64,000 nt of DNA from an uncultured Verrucomicrobiae bacterium. Its GTDB lineage: Bacteria; Verrucomicrobiota; Verrucomicrobiia; Chthoniobacterales; JAATET01. The notes beneath the pieces were generated by a model that did not search any database, was not told where the DNA came from, and saw only the letters and a list, made by a program, of their open reading frames with translations. This document shows, piece by piece, positions 30,148-40,185 of the stretch. Positions within the stretch are counted from its first letter, which is position 1; each line of letters opens with the position of its first letter. Position numbers and translations under genes: made by a program. The DNA lies in NCBI GenBank assembly GCA_963719495.1, contig CAVRCI010000011.1, positions 96,001 through 160,000 of the forward strand, given 5' to 3'.

Positions 30148-32052
30148 TCACTTGTCTTTCATCAGACCGCGGGCGGTGGGACCGAGTTCGGGGTTGTCGA
30201 GGAACGGGATCAGGAGTTCGTTCAGCCCGTCCCGGTATTTGAATTTAATCTTCTCGCAGGCTCGCAGGATCGTGAGTCGCTGGCTGTCGCTTGCGGCGGC
30301 GAGGGCGTCGCCGACGAGTTTGACTCGGCGGGCCGCGCCATTGGGCATGCCTCTGGGCATGGCGGATGAGCCAATCAATCGGCTGAGCGCCTGAAGTGCT
30401 TGGGCGGCCCCGGTTGGGTCCGAATTCTCGGCTGCGAGGCGCTCGAGCCAGAATGATGCCGCGTCGTAGTTCGGCCAGGCGGCGAGCGCTTTCAGAGCGG
30501 GGGACCGGAGCTCTGGGGTATCGCTCCGGGCCTTTTCGGTGAGGTAGGCGAGAGCCTCCGGCGCGGGGACTGAATCCATCACGACGATCAAAGCGCCCCG
30601 GTCGTTGTCGGTGGCCGCCGCGGCGAGGGCGGGTTGGAAGGCGGTGGTCCAAAGGCTCGCGGGTTGGTCGAGTCGGACGGCGAGCCGCTTGAGCGCGAGC
30701 TGGGCGGGTCGGCGGGAAGCCGAGTCCTTCCCGGAGACGACCAGTCGCGCGAGGTCGGCGGCTGAATTGGTGCCGCCGATCTGAGCCAGGGATTCCAGGA
30801 GGGCCGTCTGAAACTCTCCCGGGGCGTTGGTGTCGAGTTGAGTGGTGAGGATGGCTTCGGCTCCGCGCGGATTGCGCAGGCCGAGGGCGCGGACGGCGGC
30901 GATTCGGGTCGTCTCGTCTTTGGCCGTGACCTGATCCCGAAGTTGGTCGTCGACGACGGGATCGAGTCGCGCGAGGGCTTCGGCGGCCGCGTCGACGACG
31001 TCGCGATCCTTGGAGTCGAGCCGGGCGGCGATGGCGGGCAGGCTGGCTTCGCGGCCAATCCTTCCGAGCGTCCGTAGGGCGGCGATCTGCACTCCGGCGT
31101 TGGGCGATTCGAGTAGGGCGATGAGCGCGGACTTCGCGGTCGTGTCGGGATGAATCGCGAGAGCGGCGACGATGACGATTTGGGCGGATGGGTCGAGGTC
31201 GGGGAGTTGGTCGAGGAGAATGGTCCGCGTCGCCTCGACGGACATGGCGCTGTGAATGATCGCGGTGCGTCCGGCGAACGTCCGATCACCGAGCGCGGTC
31301 GCGAATGCGGTGCTGGCGGCGGCGAGATCGCGTGAAAGTAGTTGAGCAAAGGCCCCGGCTCGGATGCCGGCGTTGGCCCCCTCTCCGACGAGCTGCGTCA
31401 GCTCGGCGAGGTCCGGCGACAGGGCGAGCAGGGCTGCTTGGAAGTCGGGATTCGCCGGTTCGCGAGCGATAGCGGAACGGACTGCTTCAATGGCATCCGC
31501 GCCGCCGAGGCGGGCGAGTGCTTGCGCGGCCGCGGCTTTAGCGGCGGGATCTTCGGTCGTCAGAAACGGGACGATGGCTGGGACGGCCGAGTCGTCGCCG
31601 CGCCACGCGAGCGCCTGAATCCAAGCAGAGGGATCGTCAGCCGCTTTGAGCGCGCGGGCGATCCGGGCGGTAGCGGTAGGGTCGGGATTCGCCGCAAGCG
31701 CTTCCAAAGCTTCGTTGGCGATGACCGGGTCGGTCGAGTCGAGCTGAGCAACCAGGGGGTCGAGGGCAGCGGGGCCGCCGACGAAACGCAGCATCCGCAG
31801 CGTCCAGGTGCGTTCCTGGGTCGGCTTGTCCGGGCCAATTCGATCGAGGAGCTGGCGCTCGAATTCGACGCGCTCGGTGGGAGCTGCTCCGGGCGCGGTG
31901 ACGGCGTTGGCCCGCGTCTGAAGACTTTCCTGGGCGGCAAGCCGCCGGGTGAGGTCGTCGCTGGAGAGATCGCGGAACGGATCGGCGGAGAGGGAGGACA
32001 GCGCGGCCGTGGCCAGAACGATTCCGATGAGGAGAGAGCGGGGAGTTTTCAT
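30148..32052 (-). CDS. Secreted HEAT-repeat protein
   Basis: Signal peptide; repeated ..L.S.D..V...A..AL..IG helical units. Confidence 0.85.
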   Translation of the reverse strand: MKTPRSLLIGIVLATAALSSLSADPFRDLSSDDLTRRLAAQESLQTRANAVTAPGAAPTERVEFERQLLDRIGPDKPTQERTWTLRMLRFVGGPAALDPLVAQLDSTDPVIANEALEALAANPDPTATARIARALKAADDPSAWIQALAWRGDDSAVPAIVPFLTTEDPAAKAAAAQALARLGGADAIEAVRSAIAREPANPDFQAALLALSPDLAELTQLVGEGANAGIRAGAFAQLLSRDLAAASTAFATALGDRTFAGRTAIIHSAMSVEATRTILLDQLPDLDPSAQIVIVAALAIHPDTTAKSALIALLESPNAGVQIAALRTLGRIGREASLPAIAARLDSKDRDVVDAAAEALARLDPVVDDQLRDQVTAKDETTRIAAVRALGLRNPRGAEAILTTQLDTNAPGEFQTALLESLAQIGGTNSAADLARLVVSGKDSASRRPAQLALKRLAVRLDQPASLWTTAFQPALAAAATDNDRGALIVVMDSVPAPEALAYLTEKARSDTPELRSPALKALAAWPNYDAASFWLERLAAENSDPTGAAQALQALSRLIGSSAMPRGMPNGAARRVKLVGDALAAASDSQRLTILRACEKIKFKYRDGLNELLIPFLDNPELGPTARGLMKDK

Positions 32053-32065
32053 TTTCGAGGAGGGA

Positions 32066-33355
32066 TCAAACGGGGAGGCCATAGCCTTCGCGGCGGGGAC
32101 GGGTCATCCAGCGGGCGGCTTCGGAATCATCGGTGATGATCTGTTCATCGGGGTCCCAATGCACTGGGCGGCCGAGGCGTTCGGCGATGCTGGCGAGGGC
32201 GCTGATGGAACCGCTTCGGTTGCCCACGCGGGCGTTGCAGATGGGCGCGGTGCGCGCGCGGACGCAATTTAGCCAGTTTGCGCGGTGGTCGTCGGAGATT
32301 TCGAGTCGCTGGTCGGACGGGGAGAGGGGACGGGCGGCGAGTTCCGCGGGTTCCGTGGCGAGTTGCCCGTGGCGACCGACTTTGACCACGCCTTCGGTGC
32401 CGACGAATTGGATCATGAAGGGGTCCGAAATGGGGTGGTCGCGGATGACTCGCACGCCGCTCGCGTATTGGTGATATTGGTAAGGTTCGTCTTGATAGCC
32501 CTTGGGGACGAAAAGCGTGGGGCCGCTGTCGTCCTGATCGAGCGCCCACTGGATGATGTCGAAATGGTGGGAACCCCAGTCGCCGTTCCGACGGGATCCG
32601 TAGTCCCAGAACAAGCGCCAGCCGTCGACCTCGGGACCGGCGCAGCGGAGCGGGTAGTAGGGAACGAACGGCGCGGGACCGAGCCATTTGTCGTAGTCGA
32701 AGCCATCCGGGACGGGTTGTTCGGGCTCGAGGATGCCTGGGGGGAACTCGTCCAGCTTCGCGTAGACCTCTTTGATTTCACCGATCCACCCGTTGCGCAC
32801 CATCTCGGCGGCGCGACGGAAGGCGGAGTCGGATCGCTGCTGGGAGCCAACTTGGAGGACGCGCTGGTAACGGTCGGTTGCTGCGACCATGGCTTTGCCT
32901 TCGTCGATGGTCAGCATCATGGGTTTCTCGACGTAGACGTCCTTGCCGGCCTTCATGGCGGCGATGGCGATGGCGGCGTGCCAATGGTCGGGGGTGGCGA
33001 TCACGACGGCGTCGAGATCGGGTCGGGCGAGGAGTTCCTCGTAGTCCCCGTAGGTGTCACATTCGCTGCCCGCCTCGGAGGCGTAGGCTTTGGCTTTCGC
33101 CAAATCGGAAGCACGGACGTCGCAGAGCGCGGTCACCCGCGTCTCGGCGGAGCTGAGATAATAGCCGCGGTGGCTGAGCATGATGTTGCCGTTGCCGATG
33201 AGGCCGAGATTGATCCGGTCGTTGGCTGCCGGCGCGCCCTGACCGCGGGCGGTGGATCGGAGGATGAAGGGGACGGCGAGGAGTCCGGCGGCGGCTCCGG
33301 CACCCTGCTGGAGGAAGCGCCGTCGGCTGAAGGAGGTGGGGGACGAATTTTTCAT
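32066..33355 (-). CDS. Tat-exported Gfo/Idh/MocA-family oxidoreductase
   Basis: SRRRFL Tat motif, IATPDHWH, YVEKP, QVGSQQRS, DWGSHHFD. Confidence 0.93.
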   Translation of the reverse strand: MKNSSPTSFSRRRFLQQGAGAAAGLLAVPFILRSTARGQGAPAANDRINLGLIGNGNIMLSHRGYYLSSAETRVTALCDVRASDLAKAKAYASEAGSECDTYGDYEELLARPDLDAVVIATPDHWHAAIAIAAMKAGKDVYVEKPMMLTIDEGKAMVAATDRYQRVLQVGSQQRSDSAFRRAAEMVRNGWIGEIKEVYAKLDEFPPGILEPEQPVPDGFDYDKWLGPAPFVPYYPLRCAGPEVDGWRLFWDYGSRRNGDWGSHHFDIIQWALDQDDSGPTLFVPKGYQDEPYQYHQYASGVRVIRDHPISDPFMIQFVGTEGVVKVGRHGQLATEPAELAARPLSPSDQRLEISDDHRANWLNCVRARTAPICNARVGNRSGSISALASIAERLGRPVHWDPDEQIITDDSEAARWMTRPRREGYGLPV

Positions 33356-33368
33356 GAAAAAAGAGGCG

Positions 33369-34343
33369 CTAACGTTGGCTGGGCGTCGTGTCGGCGGGTA
33401 AATCGCCGACCGCGAATTGGATGCCCGCGAGAAAATGACGGAGGAGCGTTGGGTTCTGAAAGATGTGGGGGTTGTGACCCAGCGAGGTGTAGAAGACGCG
33501 GCCCCGCCCGACGGACTGGACCCAGGCCACGGGGTAGCCGCCGTCGCCGCGGTTGATTCCTTCGACGGCGTCGCTTCGGTCGGGATCGAGGCGCAGGAGG
33601 ATGCGGAGTTTTTCCCGCGAGTCGGGGTCGGCTTTGAACTGATAGATCTCCTCGGTGAGTTCGAACGAGTCTTCGTCGAAAACCGGAGCGTTGAGCGCGT
33701 GGCCGGGATCCGCGACGACGACGGTCACTCGGCTGGCTGATTTCCACGGGTGGCCATCGAAGACCGCTCCGATCAAAGCGCCGTAGGCGGGTTGTTGGTA
33801 GCAGGCGTCGGCGGCGGCGTGGATCCCGACGAGCCCTCCGCCCTTCCGAACGTAGTCGACGAGCGATTGCGTGAGCCGGGCGTGCCGCTCGCGGAGTGCG
33901 GCTCGCTGGGGCTCCGGCTTGGCGGCGAATTCGTCGGCGGGTGGGAGGAAAAAATCGAGGGTGGGATTGAGGAGGACGACGGCGTCGAAGGTCGCGACGG
34001 CCGCGGGCTCGAAATTCGCCGGGTCGTCGCTGACGATGGCCTCATACGAGCCGGTCATCTCGCCCATGAGCGATAGGGCAATTTTTCCGTAGGGGATGGA
34101 TTTGTGCCGGAATCCGGCGGTCGCGCTGTAAACGAGAATTCGGCGGGGAGCCCGGGGATCGGCGATGGCCGAAGCGGGGATCGCGGCGGCGATCTTCGCC
34201 CGATCTGACGCGCTCACGGGACGATCGTCGAAGGTGGGCTGCCAACCGGCCGCATCCGCCGCGCCCGGACACAGGGCGACTGCGGCGAGGACCGCGACCG
34301 CCGCCAGGCACCAACGATTGGGTCCGAGGGAGGACTTTTTCAC
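33369..34343 (-). CDS. ThuA-domain (trehalose-utilisation-like) protein
   Basis: GFRHKSI, GGGLVGIHAA, GRGRVFYTSLGH. Confidence 0.88.
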   Translation of the reverse strand: MKKSSLGPNRWCLAAVAVLAAVALCPGAADAAGWQPTFDDRPVSASDRAKIAAAIPASAIADPRAPRRILVYSATAGFRHKSIPYGKIALSLMGEMTGSYEAIVSDDPANFEPAAVATFDAVVLLNPTLDFFLPPADEFAAKPEPQRAALRERHARLTQSLVDYVRKGGGLVGIHAAADACYQQPAYGALIGAVFDGHPWKSASRVTVVVADPGHALNAPVFDEDSFELTEEIYQFKADPDSREKLRILLRLDPDRSDAVEGINRGDGGYPVAWVQSVGRGRVFYTSLGHNPHIFQNPTLLRHFLAGIQFAVGDLPADTTPSQR

Positions 34344-35209
34344 GGACGCTCGATCCCGACCCGGCCCGCGGGAGACATCACCTGATCGTCGGGAAGTCGC
34401 TCGATCCAGATGTTACGGAAGCTGATGGCCGCGGTGTGGTATTGGATTCGTAGGGGCAGGGAATCGGCGTGAGCTTGGTAGAGCTTACGGCGGGCATTGG
34501 ACGAAGGTCCGGTGAACGGGGTGTTGTCCTGGACGGTCACGCCGTTCACTTGCACGGTGACGCAGGCAGGAGTGAGCATCTCACCATTGGCGCCGAAGAC
34601 CGGGCGGCGGAACCACACATCGTAGGTCTGCCACTCCCCCGAGGGACGGAGGGCGTTGTGGGTCGGGGGTGCCACGCCGTAGAGCGAAGCGGCGATTCCG
34701 TCGGCGTAACTCTCGTTGTCGTAGGTGTCGAGAATTTGAATCTCGTAGTCTTTCATCAGAAAGAGGCCGCTGTTCGCCCGATCCTGCCCCGTCGCATTCG
34801 ACCCGGTGGGAGCCTTCCACTCGACGTGCAAGTGGCACGATCCGAAGGTCTCCCGGCTGGTGAGATAGAGCGACCGCGAGACCTCGAGCACACCATCCCG
34901 CACCGACCATGCCTGCGGCACGTTCCAGGCGGAAAGGTCGCCACCGTCGAACAAAATAACGGCGCCGCGCGGAGCGGTCGCTGATTCCCGAAGTTCAGCT
35001 TCGGACTTCGGCTCCGCTCGCGGCGGCAGCGGGCGGGACGGGTCGTGCACCTTCCACTTTCCGTCGGCGCTGAGACTCAAATCGGGATGTTGATTGAAGA
35101 CCGAATACGGTCCTTCGGTCGCATGGACGATCCCGCTGGCGAGGAAAATCAAGGCTGGGAGACCGAGGATTCGAAGCCACGGATTGGGAGTTCGACGGGG
35201 GAGTTTCAT
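34340..35209 (-). CDS. DUF1080 (3-keto-disaccharide hydrolase family) protein
   Basis: LFDGGDLSAW, LHVEW, NSGLFL, YEIQILD, GEWQTYD, FRNIWI. Confidence 0.9.
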   Translation of the reverse strand: MKLPRRTPNPWLRILGLPALIFLASGIVHATEGPYSVFNQHPDLSLSADGKWKVHDPSRPLPPRAEPKSEAELRESATAPRGAVILFDGGDLSAWNVPQAWSVRDGVLEVSRSLYLTSRETFGSCHLHVEWKAPTGSNATGQDRANSGLFLMKDYEIQILDTYDNESYADGIAASLYGVAPPTHNALRPSGEWQTYDVWFRRPVFGANGEMLTPACVTVQVNGVTVQDNTPFTGPSSNARRKLYQAHADSLPLRIQYHTAAISFRNIWIERLPDDQVMSPAGRVGIERP

Positions 35210-35282
35210 GATTTTACTGATTGGGTTCGATGGGGCGGGACAAATAACGGTTGGACAAACAATCCCAAACCAACGTTAATCT

Positions 35283-35298
35283 GCTAAAACGTCATACC
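35283..35298. promoter_or_regulatory. Candidate LacI operator 4 (divergent promoter)
   Basis: GCTAAAA-CG-TCATACC; perfect left half with central CG, weaker right half. Confidence 0.5.
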
Positions 35299-35307
35299 AT
35301 CGGCAAT

Positions 35308-35838
35308 ATGATTCTTTCTTCAACCAAAAATCAAGCCACCGACCTCGGGGCCACGCTCGCCGTTCTGCTTCTTCGCCTCTGGCTTGGGGTGCGGGCGTGG
35401 CAGACCGGATTGGAAAAATTTGCGGGCAAGCGCTCCGGCAGCGAAGCGGTCCTGATCGATGGACAGCGCAACGAATACGGGCTGACCGATGCCACGAGCG
35501 AAAAGTTTTACGCGCTCGGAAATTACCACGGCGTTCCCGCGGCGCTCGCGGACAAGTTCAAAGCCGAGCCGCTGCTGCCAGGCGTTTTGCTGACGGCGTT
35601 CGACTGGATGATCGGACCTCTTCTCCTGCTGACTGGACTCACACTGCTCCTCGGCGTCGCAACGCGGTGTTCGCTTTTCGTGATGGGACTTCTCTACGTC
35701 GGACTGACGTTTGGGCTGATCCTGATCAACGAAAACTCCGGCGTGGCGTGGTTGGCGATCCACGTGGTTTTGATCGCCCTGATGCTGTTGAACGCCCGAG
35801 CCAATCGATTCGAAATCACAGGACGTTGGGAAATCTAA
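35308..35838 (+). CDS. DoxX-like membrane protein
   Basis: LLLRLWLG...GLEKF and GLTLLLGVATR pattern; 4 TMs. Confidence 0.7.
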   Translation: MILSSTKNQATDLGATLAVLLLRLWLGVRAWQTGLEKFAGKRSGSEAVLIDGQRNEYGLTDATSEKFYALGNYHGVPAALADKFKAEPLLPGVLLTAFDWMIGPLLLLTGLTLLLGVATRCSLFVMGLLYVGLTFGLILINENSGVAWLAIHVVLIALMLLNARANRFEITGRWEI

Positions 35839-35851
35839 CGCGATCGCTTCG

Positions 35852-37231
35852 ATGAATTTCACCCCAACCCCCCAATCGCGCCGCCACTTTCTTCGGCAAG
35901 CTGGCTTGGCCAGCGCGGGCCTCGTGCTCGGAGCGCCGTCGATCCTGCGCGCGGGCAGTGCGAAGAATTCCGCCAACGAATTGCGCGTCGGCTTCATCGG
36001 TTGCGGCAAGCAGCACGACGTTTTGTTCAACGCGATGAAGAACATTCCCGGTCTGCACTACGCGGCCGTGTGCGACATCATGAAGGACCGGGTCGGGGCC
36101 GCCTTCGGTCGAATCCGAGGAATGTTCGATTACAACCCGAACCGCTACATCGACGCCGCGGAAATGCTCGAGAAAGAGACCGACCTCGACGCGGTGATCG
36201 TGGCGACGCCGGACTTCTGGCACGCGCCCCACACCGTGATGGCGCTCGAAGCGGGGTGCAACGTCTACTGCGAAAAGATGATGTCGAACACCATCGAGGG
36301 AGCCCGCTCGATGGTCGCCGCGGCGGACGCGAGCGGGAAGCTCTGCCAGATCGGGCACCAGCGCCGGAGTAATCCGCGTTACATTTACGTGCTCGAAGAA
36401 CTCATCCGCAAACAGCGGATCTGCGGTCAGATCGTGAACGCCAACGGCCAATGGAACCGGGCGATCGGATCGTCGCAGGATATCCAGGTCAAACCGTCGA
36501 TCCTCCCCGACGAAAAAACTTTGCTCAAATACGGCTTCGGGCGCTTGGGAGAGCATCTCTCGCTCGATGAGCTTCGCCATCGTTTTCTGAACTGGCGATT
36601 CTACAAAGATCTCTCGGGCGGCCCGATCTCGGATCTCGGCGCGCACCAGATCGACATTTTCAATTGGTTCTTCGGCGCTCAACCGACCTCGGTCATGGCG
36701 TCCGGTGGTCGGAACTACTTCAAGGACCGCGAACACTTCGACAACGTCATGTGCGTGTTCGATTACGCGACGGACGACGGCGGGGCGCGGGCGTTTTACC
36801 AGGTGCTCACCACCACCAGTGCGGGGGGCGGCTATAAGGAATCCTTCATGGGCACCGAGGGCACGATCGACATCTCCGAGCGCGCCGCCTACACGAACAT
36901 CTACCGCGAAGCCGGCACCGCGCCGAGTTGGGACGCGCTGGTCGATGGTGGCTACCTCAAACGTTCGACCGCCGCTCCGGCCGCGGACACGTCCGACGCC
37001 ATTGCTTCCTACGAATCGGCCGCGCCGGAAAAATACGAGCTTCCCGGCGGCCTCGACAAACCGCCGCATCAGCCGCACCTCGAAAATTTCCTCGCCGCCA
37101 TCCGCGGCGAGGCGAAGCTCACCTGCGACGCCCGGCACGCCCTCTATTCCGAGGCTCCGATCTATTGGGTCAACCCCGCCGCCGAGAGCGCCTCGACGAT
37201 CATCTTCACCCCCGAACACCTCCACGTATGA
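35852..37231 (+). CDS. Tat-exported Gfo/Idh/MocA-family oxidoreductase
   Basis: SRRHFL, IGCGKQ, VATPDFWH, YCEKMM, QIGHQRRS, DLGAHQID. Confidence 0.93.
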   Translation: MNFTPTPQSRRHFLRQAGLASAGLVLGAPSILRAGSAKNSANELRVGFIGCGKQHDVLFNAMKNIPGLHYAAVCDIMKDRVGAAFGRIRGMFDYNPNRYIDAAEMLEKETDLDAVIVATPDFWHAPHTVMALEAGCNVYCEKMMSNTIEGARSMVAAADASGKLCQIGHQRRSNPRYIYVLEELIRKQRICGQIVNANGQWNRAIGSSQDIQVKPSILPDEKTLLKYGFGRLGEHLSLDELRHRFLNWRFYKDLSGGPISDLGAHQIDIFNWFFGAQPTSVMASGGRNYFKDREHFDNVMCVFDYATDDGGARAFYQVLTTTSAGGGYKESFMGTEGTIDISERAAYTNIYREAGTAPSWDALVDGGYLKRSTAAPAADTSDAIASYESAAPEKYELPGGLDKPPHQPHLENFLAAIRGEAKLTCDARHALYSEAPIYWVNPAAESASTIIFTPEHLHV

Positions 37232-37884
37232 AAAACCCCCTTCTCCTCACTTGTCTGGCGGCCACCGTTGTCATTGGACAATACTCGGCCCTCGGCCAGG
37301 TCGCTCTCACGACCGAAATCCCGCCCGAGCAAATCGAGGGGACCCCGATGCCGATCGAGGTCCCTGGCCTCGTCGCCGCGCCGACCGAGGCACCCACGAT
37401 CTCCGTGCCCGAAGGGACGATTTTGCTATCGGCCGGTAAACCCGTGACCGGAAGCGACGATTTTCCCATCGTCGGCGAACTGTCCTACGTCACCGACGGG
37501 GACAAACTGGGCGGCGAAGGCTATTTTGTGGAGATCCTCGACGGGCTCCAGTGGGTTCAGATCGATCTCGAGCGGTCCGCGACGATTCAGGCGATCTGGG
37601 TGTGGCACTTTCACTCCCAGGCCCGCGCTTACCACGACGTGATCGTCCAGATCTCGAACGATCCGGAATTTGCCGAGGGCGTGACCACCGTCTTCAACGA
37701 CGACTACGACAACTCCGCGAATCTCGGTCCCGGCGAAGACAAGCCCTACGTCGAATCCCGTTTTGGCCTGCTCGTGGACGCCAAGGAAACGAAGGGCCGC
37801 TACGTCCGGCTCTACAGCAATGGAAATACGTCCACCTCGATGAACCACTACATCGAGGTGGAGGTATTCGGCAGCGAAGGCTGA
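37228..37884 (+). CDS. Secreted discoidin/F5-8 type C (CBM-like) protein
   Basis: GKPVTGS, TDGD, WVQIDL, GRYVRLYS, EVEVFG. Confidence 0.8.
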   Translation: MKNPLLLTCLAATVVIGQYSALGQVALTTEIPPEQIEGTPMPIEVPGLVAAPTEAPTISVPEGTILLSAGKPVTGSDDFPIVGELSYVTDGDKLGGEGYFVEILDGLQWVQIDLERSATIQAIWVWHFHSQARAYHDVIVQISNDPEFAEGVTTVFNDDYDNSANLGPGEDKPYVESRFGLLVDAKETKGRYVRLYSNGNTSTSMNHYIEVEVFGSEG

Positions 37885-37939
37885 TCTTCTCCGATTGGAG
37901 TCGCCTCCTGTCCGACCAAGGCACGCCCCCCACCCATTC

Positions 37940-39184
37940 ATGTCCCCCGAACCCGCCGTCAGACCATCCCGTCTTTTTGTCGCCAGTTGCATCGCGCTGA
38001 TCGTTACGGCGATGAGTTTCGCTCTGCGCGGCGAGGCGACTGGCGCGTGGGTGGCCGACTTCGGTCTCAGCAACGCGCAGGTCGGGTGGATCAACGGCAC
38101 CGCCTTCTGGGGATTCACTCTCGCCATGCTCGTGGGCGGATCGCTCTGCGACGCGATCGGGTTGGCTCGGATCACGCGGATCGCGTTCTTCGGTCATCTG
38201 ATCGGGATTCTGCTCACAATTTTTGTGTGGGATTATTGGAGCCTCTACGCTGGCACTCTGATTTTTGGAATCGCCAACGGATCGGTCGAAGCTGCCTGCA
38301 ACCCGCTGATCGCCACGCTTTATCCCGCGGACAAAACGACGAAGTTGAACCGCTTTCACGTCTGGTTCCCGGGCGGCATCGTGATTGGTGGGCTGCTTGC
38401 CTTCTCGCTCGGTTGGGCTGGTTTCGGGTGGCGCGTGCAGTTTGCGATCATGCTCATCCCGCTGGCGATCTACGGGGTCATGTTCCGGGGGCAGATGTTT
38501 CCGGTGACCGAGCGCGTGCAGCGGGGGATATCGACCAAGGCCATGTTTGCCGCCTGCCTCAACCCGATCTTTCTGTTGATGGTCGGGTGCATGCTGCTGA
38601 CCGCCGCGACGGAGCTGGCTCCTGGTCAATGGATTCCGAATATCCTGAGCTATTCCGGCGTCTCGGGGATTCTCGTGCTCGTTTGGATCACGGGTCTCAT
38701 GGCGATCGGTCGGAGCTTTGCGGGCGTCTTCGTCCACCGCATCGCGGCGGAAGGAATGTTGATCGGGAGTGCCGTCGTGAGCGCGCTCGGGCTGTATCTC
38801 ATGAGTCAGACCAGCGGCGGAATGCTGTTCGCGGCCGCGACGGTCTTCGCCATCGGTGTCTGTTTTTTCTGGCCGACGATGCTGGGTTACGTCAGCGAAA
38901 AATTCCCGAGCACCGGCGCGCTTGGACTCGCGATCATGGGCGGTGCCGGGATGTTGAGCGTGAGCATGGTGCTCCCGATCATGGGTGGCATCTACGACGC
39001 TGGGATCGTCGAGCGGGTCGCCGACGGCGGCGAAGTGACGGTGGCCATTCAGGCTGCGGCCGGTCTGGGGACGCTCGAGAGGATCGCCATCGTCCCGGCG
39101 GTGCTGGCCATCGCGTTTCCGGTCATCTTTCTCCTGCAAAGGCGTCGCTCTAATCGGTTCACCGACTCTTTTCGAAACGAGTAG
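37940..39184 (+). CDS. MFS sugar transporter
   Basis: About 12 TMs; NGSVEAACNPLIATLYP, HVWFPGGIVIG, FFWPTMLG. Confidence 0.9.
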   Translation: MSPEPAVRPSRLFVASCIALIVTAMSFALRGEATGAWVADFGLSNAQVGWINGTAFWGFTLAMLVGGSLCDAIGLARITRIAFFGHLIGILLTIFVWDYWSLYAGTLIFGIANGSVEAACNPLIATLYPADKTTKLNRFHVWFPGGIVIGGLLAFSLGWAGFGWRVQFAIMLIPLAIYGVMFRGQMFPVTERVQRGISTKAMFAACLNPIFLLMVGCMLLTAATELAPGQWIPNILSYSGVSGILVLVWITGLMAIGRSFAGVFVHRIAAEGMLIGSAVVSALGLYLMSQTSGGMLFAAATVFAIGVCFFWPTMLGYVSEKFPSTGALGLAIMGGAGMLSVSMVLPIMGGIYDAGIVERVADGGEVTVAIQAAAGLGTLERIAIVPAVLAIAFPVIFLLQRRRSNRFTDSFRNE

Positions 39185-39345
39185 AACAGAGAATGTCTGG
39201 TGGAATTAACGCTCCGTGCGGGTTGGCGGGCGGTGACGCTTGGAAGGTCGGCGTCGTGTTCGCGGACGGAGTCGCTCGCCAGGGTCCACGGAGTGCCCGC
39301 TCCACCCGCTCGCTATGGACGAGATCCGGGAATAGGCACGAGCAA

Positions 39346-40185
39346 TCAGTAGAGCCGCCGGAGGGTGCCGTCGGGTGTTTCGGCGACGACGGATTCGACG
39401 TAGGGGCAATCGCGGGCGACCTCGGGGATTTCTTCCGGGGTCATGAGCATGGCGGCCGTGGTCCACGCGTCGGCGAGGGCCGCCGTCGCGGCCACGCACC
39501 AGATTCTTTTGAAGGCGTAGATCGGCGGGTCCGGCTCGATCTCCAGCGGTGAGGCGATGTGGCTGCCCAGGACGGCTGTGCCCGATACGCTCATGGCCGC
39601 GGTCGCGAGGCGGACTTCGCGTTGGTCGTTGTCTGTAAGGAGGAGCAGCGGCCAATCTGCCGCTCCCAGCGCGAGATGCGTGCTCGCTCCCGCTGCGAGG
39701 AGGGCGTCCGAAATGCCCCAGTCCGTGAGGATCCTCCCGAGATCGTCCAGTGCAAATCCTTTGCCGATCCCGCCCAGGTCGATCTCCCGCCCGGCTTCCT
39801 CGCAGGTGACCATTGGGCGTTTGGGGTCGAGGATCAATCGCCCACCCAACCGCGGCGGTGGGCCGGATTTACCGGCTTTGAAGTGTTCGATCCGCCGTCC
39901 GAGCGTCACGTCGAATAGGCCGCCCGTATCTCCGCCAACCCGGGCGGCGAGCCGAAGGCAGGCGTCGCACGCTTCGCCGATGATCAGGGTCTCGCCGGTC
40001 CGCATCGAGTTGATTTGATGCACGTCGCTTCCTCCCCGGAAGCGGCTGAGTTGGCTCTCCAACTCGTCGAGTCGATCGTGGCATGCCCGGGCGATCCCGG
40101 GGAGCGGTGAATCGGGGTTCGCCGCGAAGCGCAGCCAGAACGTCGTGTTCATCGCGCCGTGTTGGAAGAGCTTGGATTCTCTCAT
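39346..40185 (-). CDS. apbE: FAD:protein FMN transferase (ApbE family)
   Basis: AMNT, LSRF..SDV..IN, TGGLFDVT, IDLGGIGKGFALD, HI, ADAWTTA. Confidence 0.88.
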   Translation of the reverse strand: MRESKLFQHGAMNTTFWLRFAANPDSPLPGIARACHDRLDELESQLSRFRGGSDVHQINSMRTGETLIIGEACDACLRLAARVGGDTGGLFDVTLGRRIEHFKAGKSGPPPRLGGRLILDPKRPMVTCEEAGREIDLGGIGKGFALDDLGRILTDWGISDALLAAGASTHLALGAADWPLLLLTDNDQREVRLATAAMSVSGTAVLGSHIASPLEIEPDPPIYAFKRIWCVAATAALADAWTTAAMLMTPEEIPEVARDCPYVESVVAETPDGTLRRLY

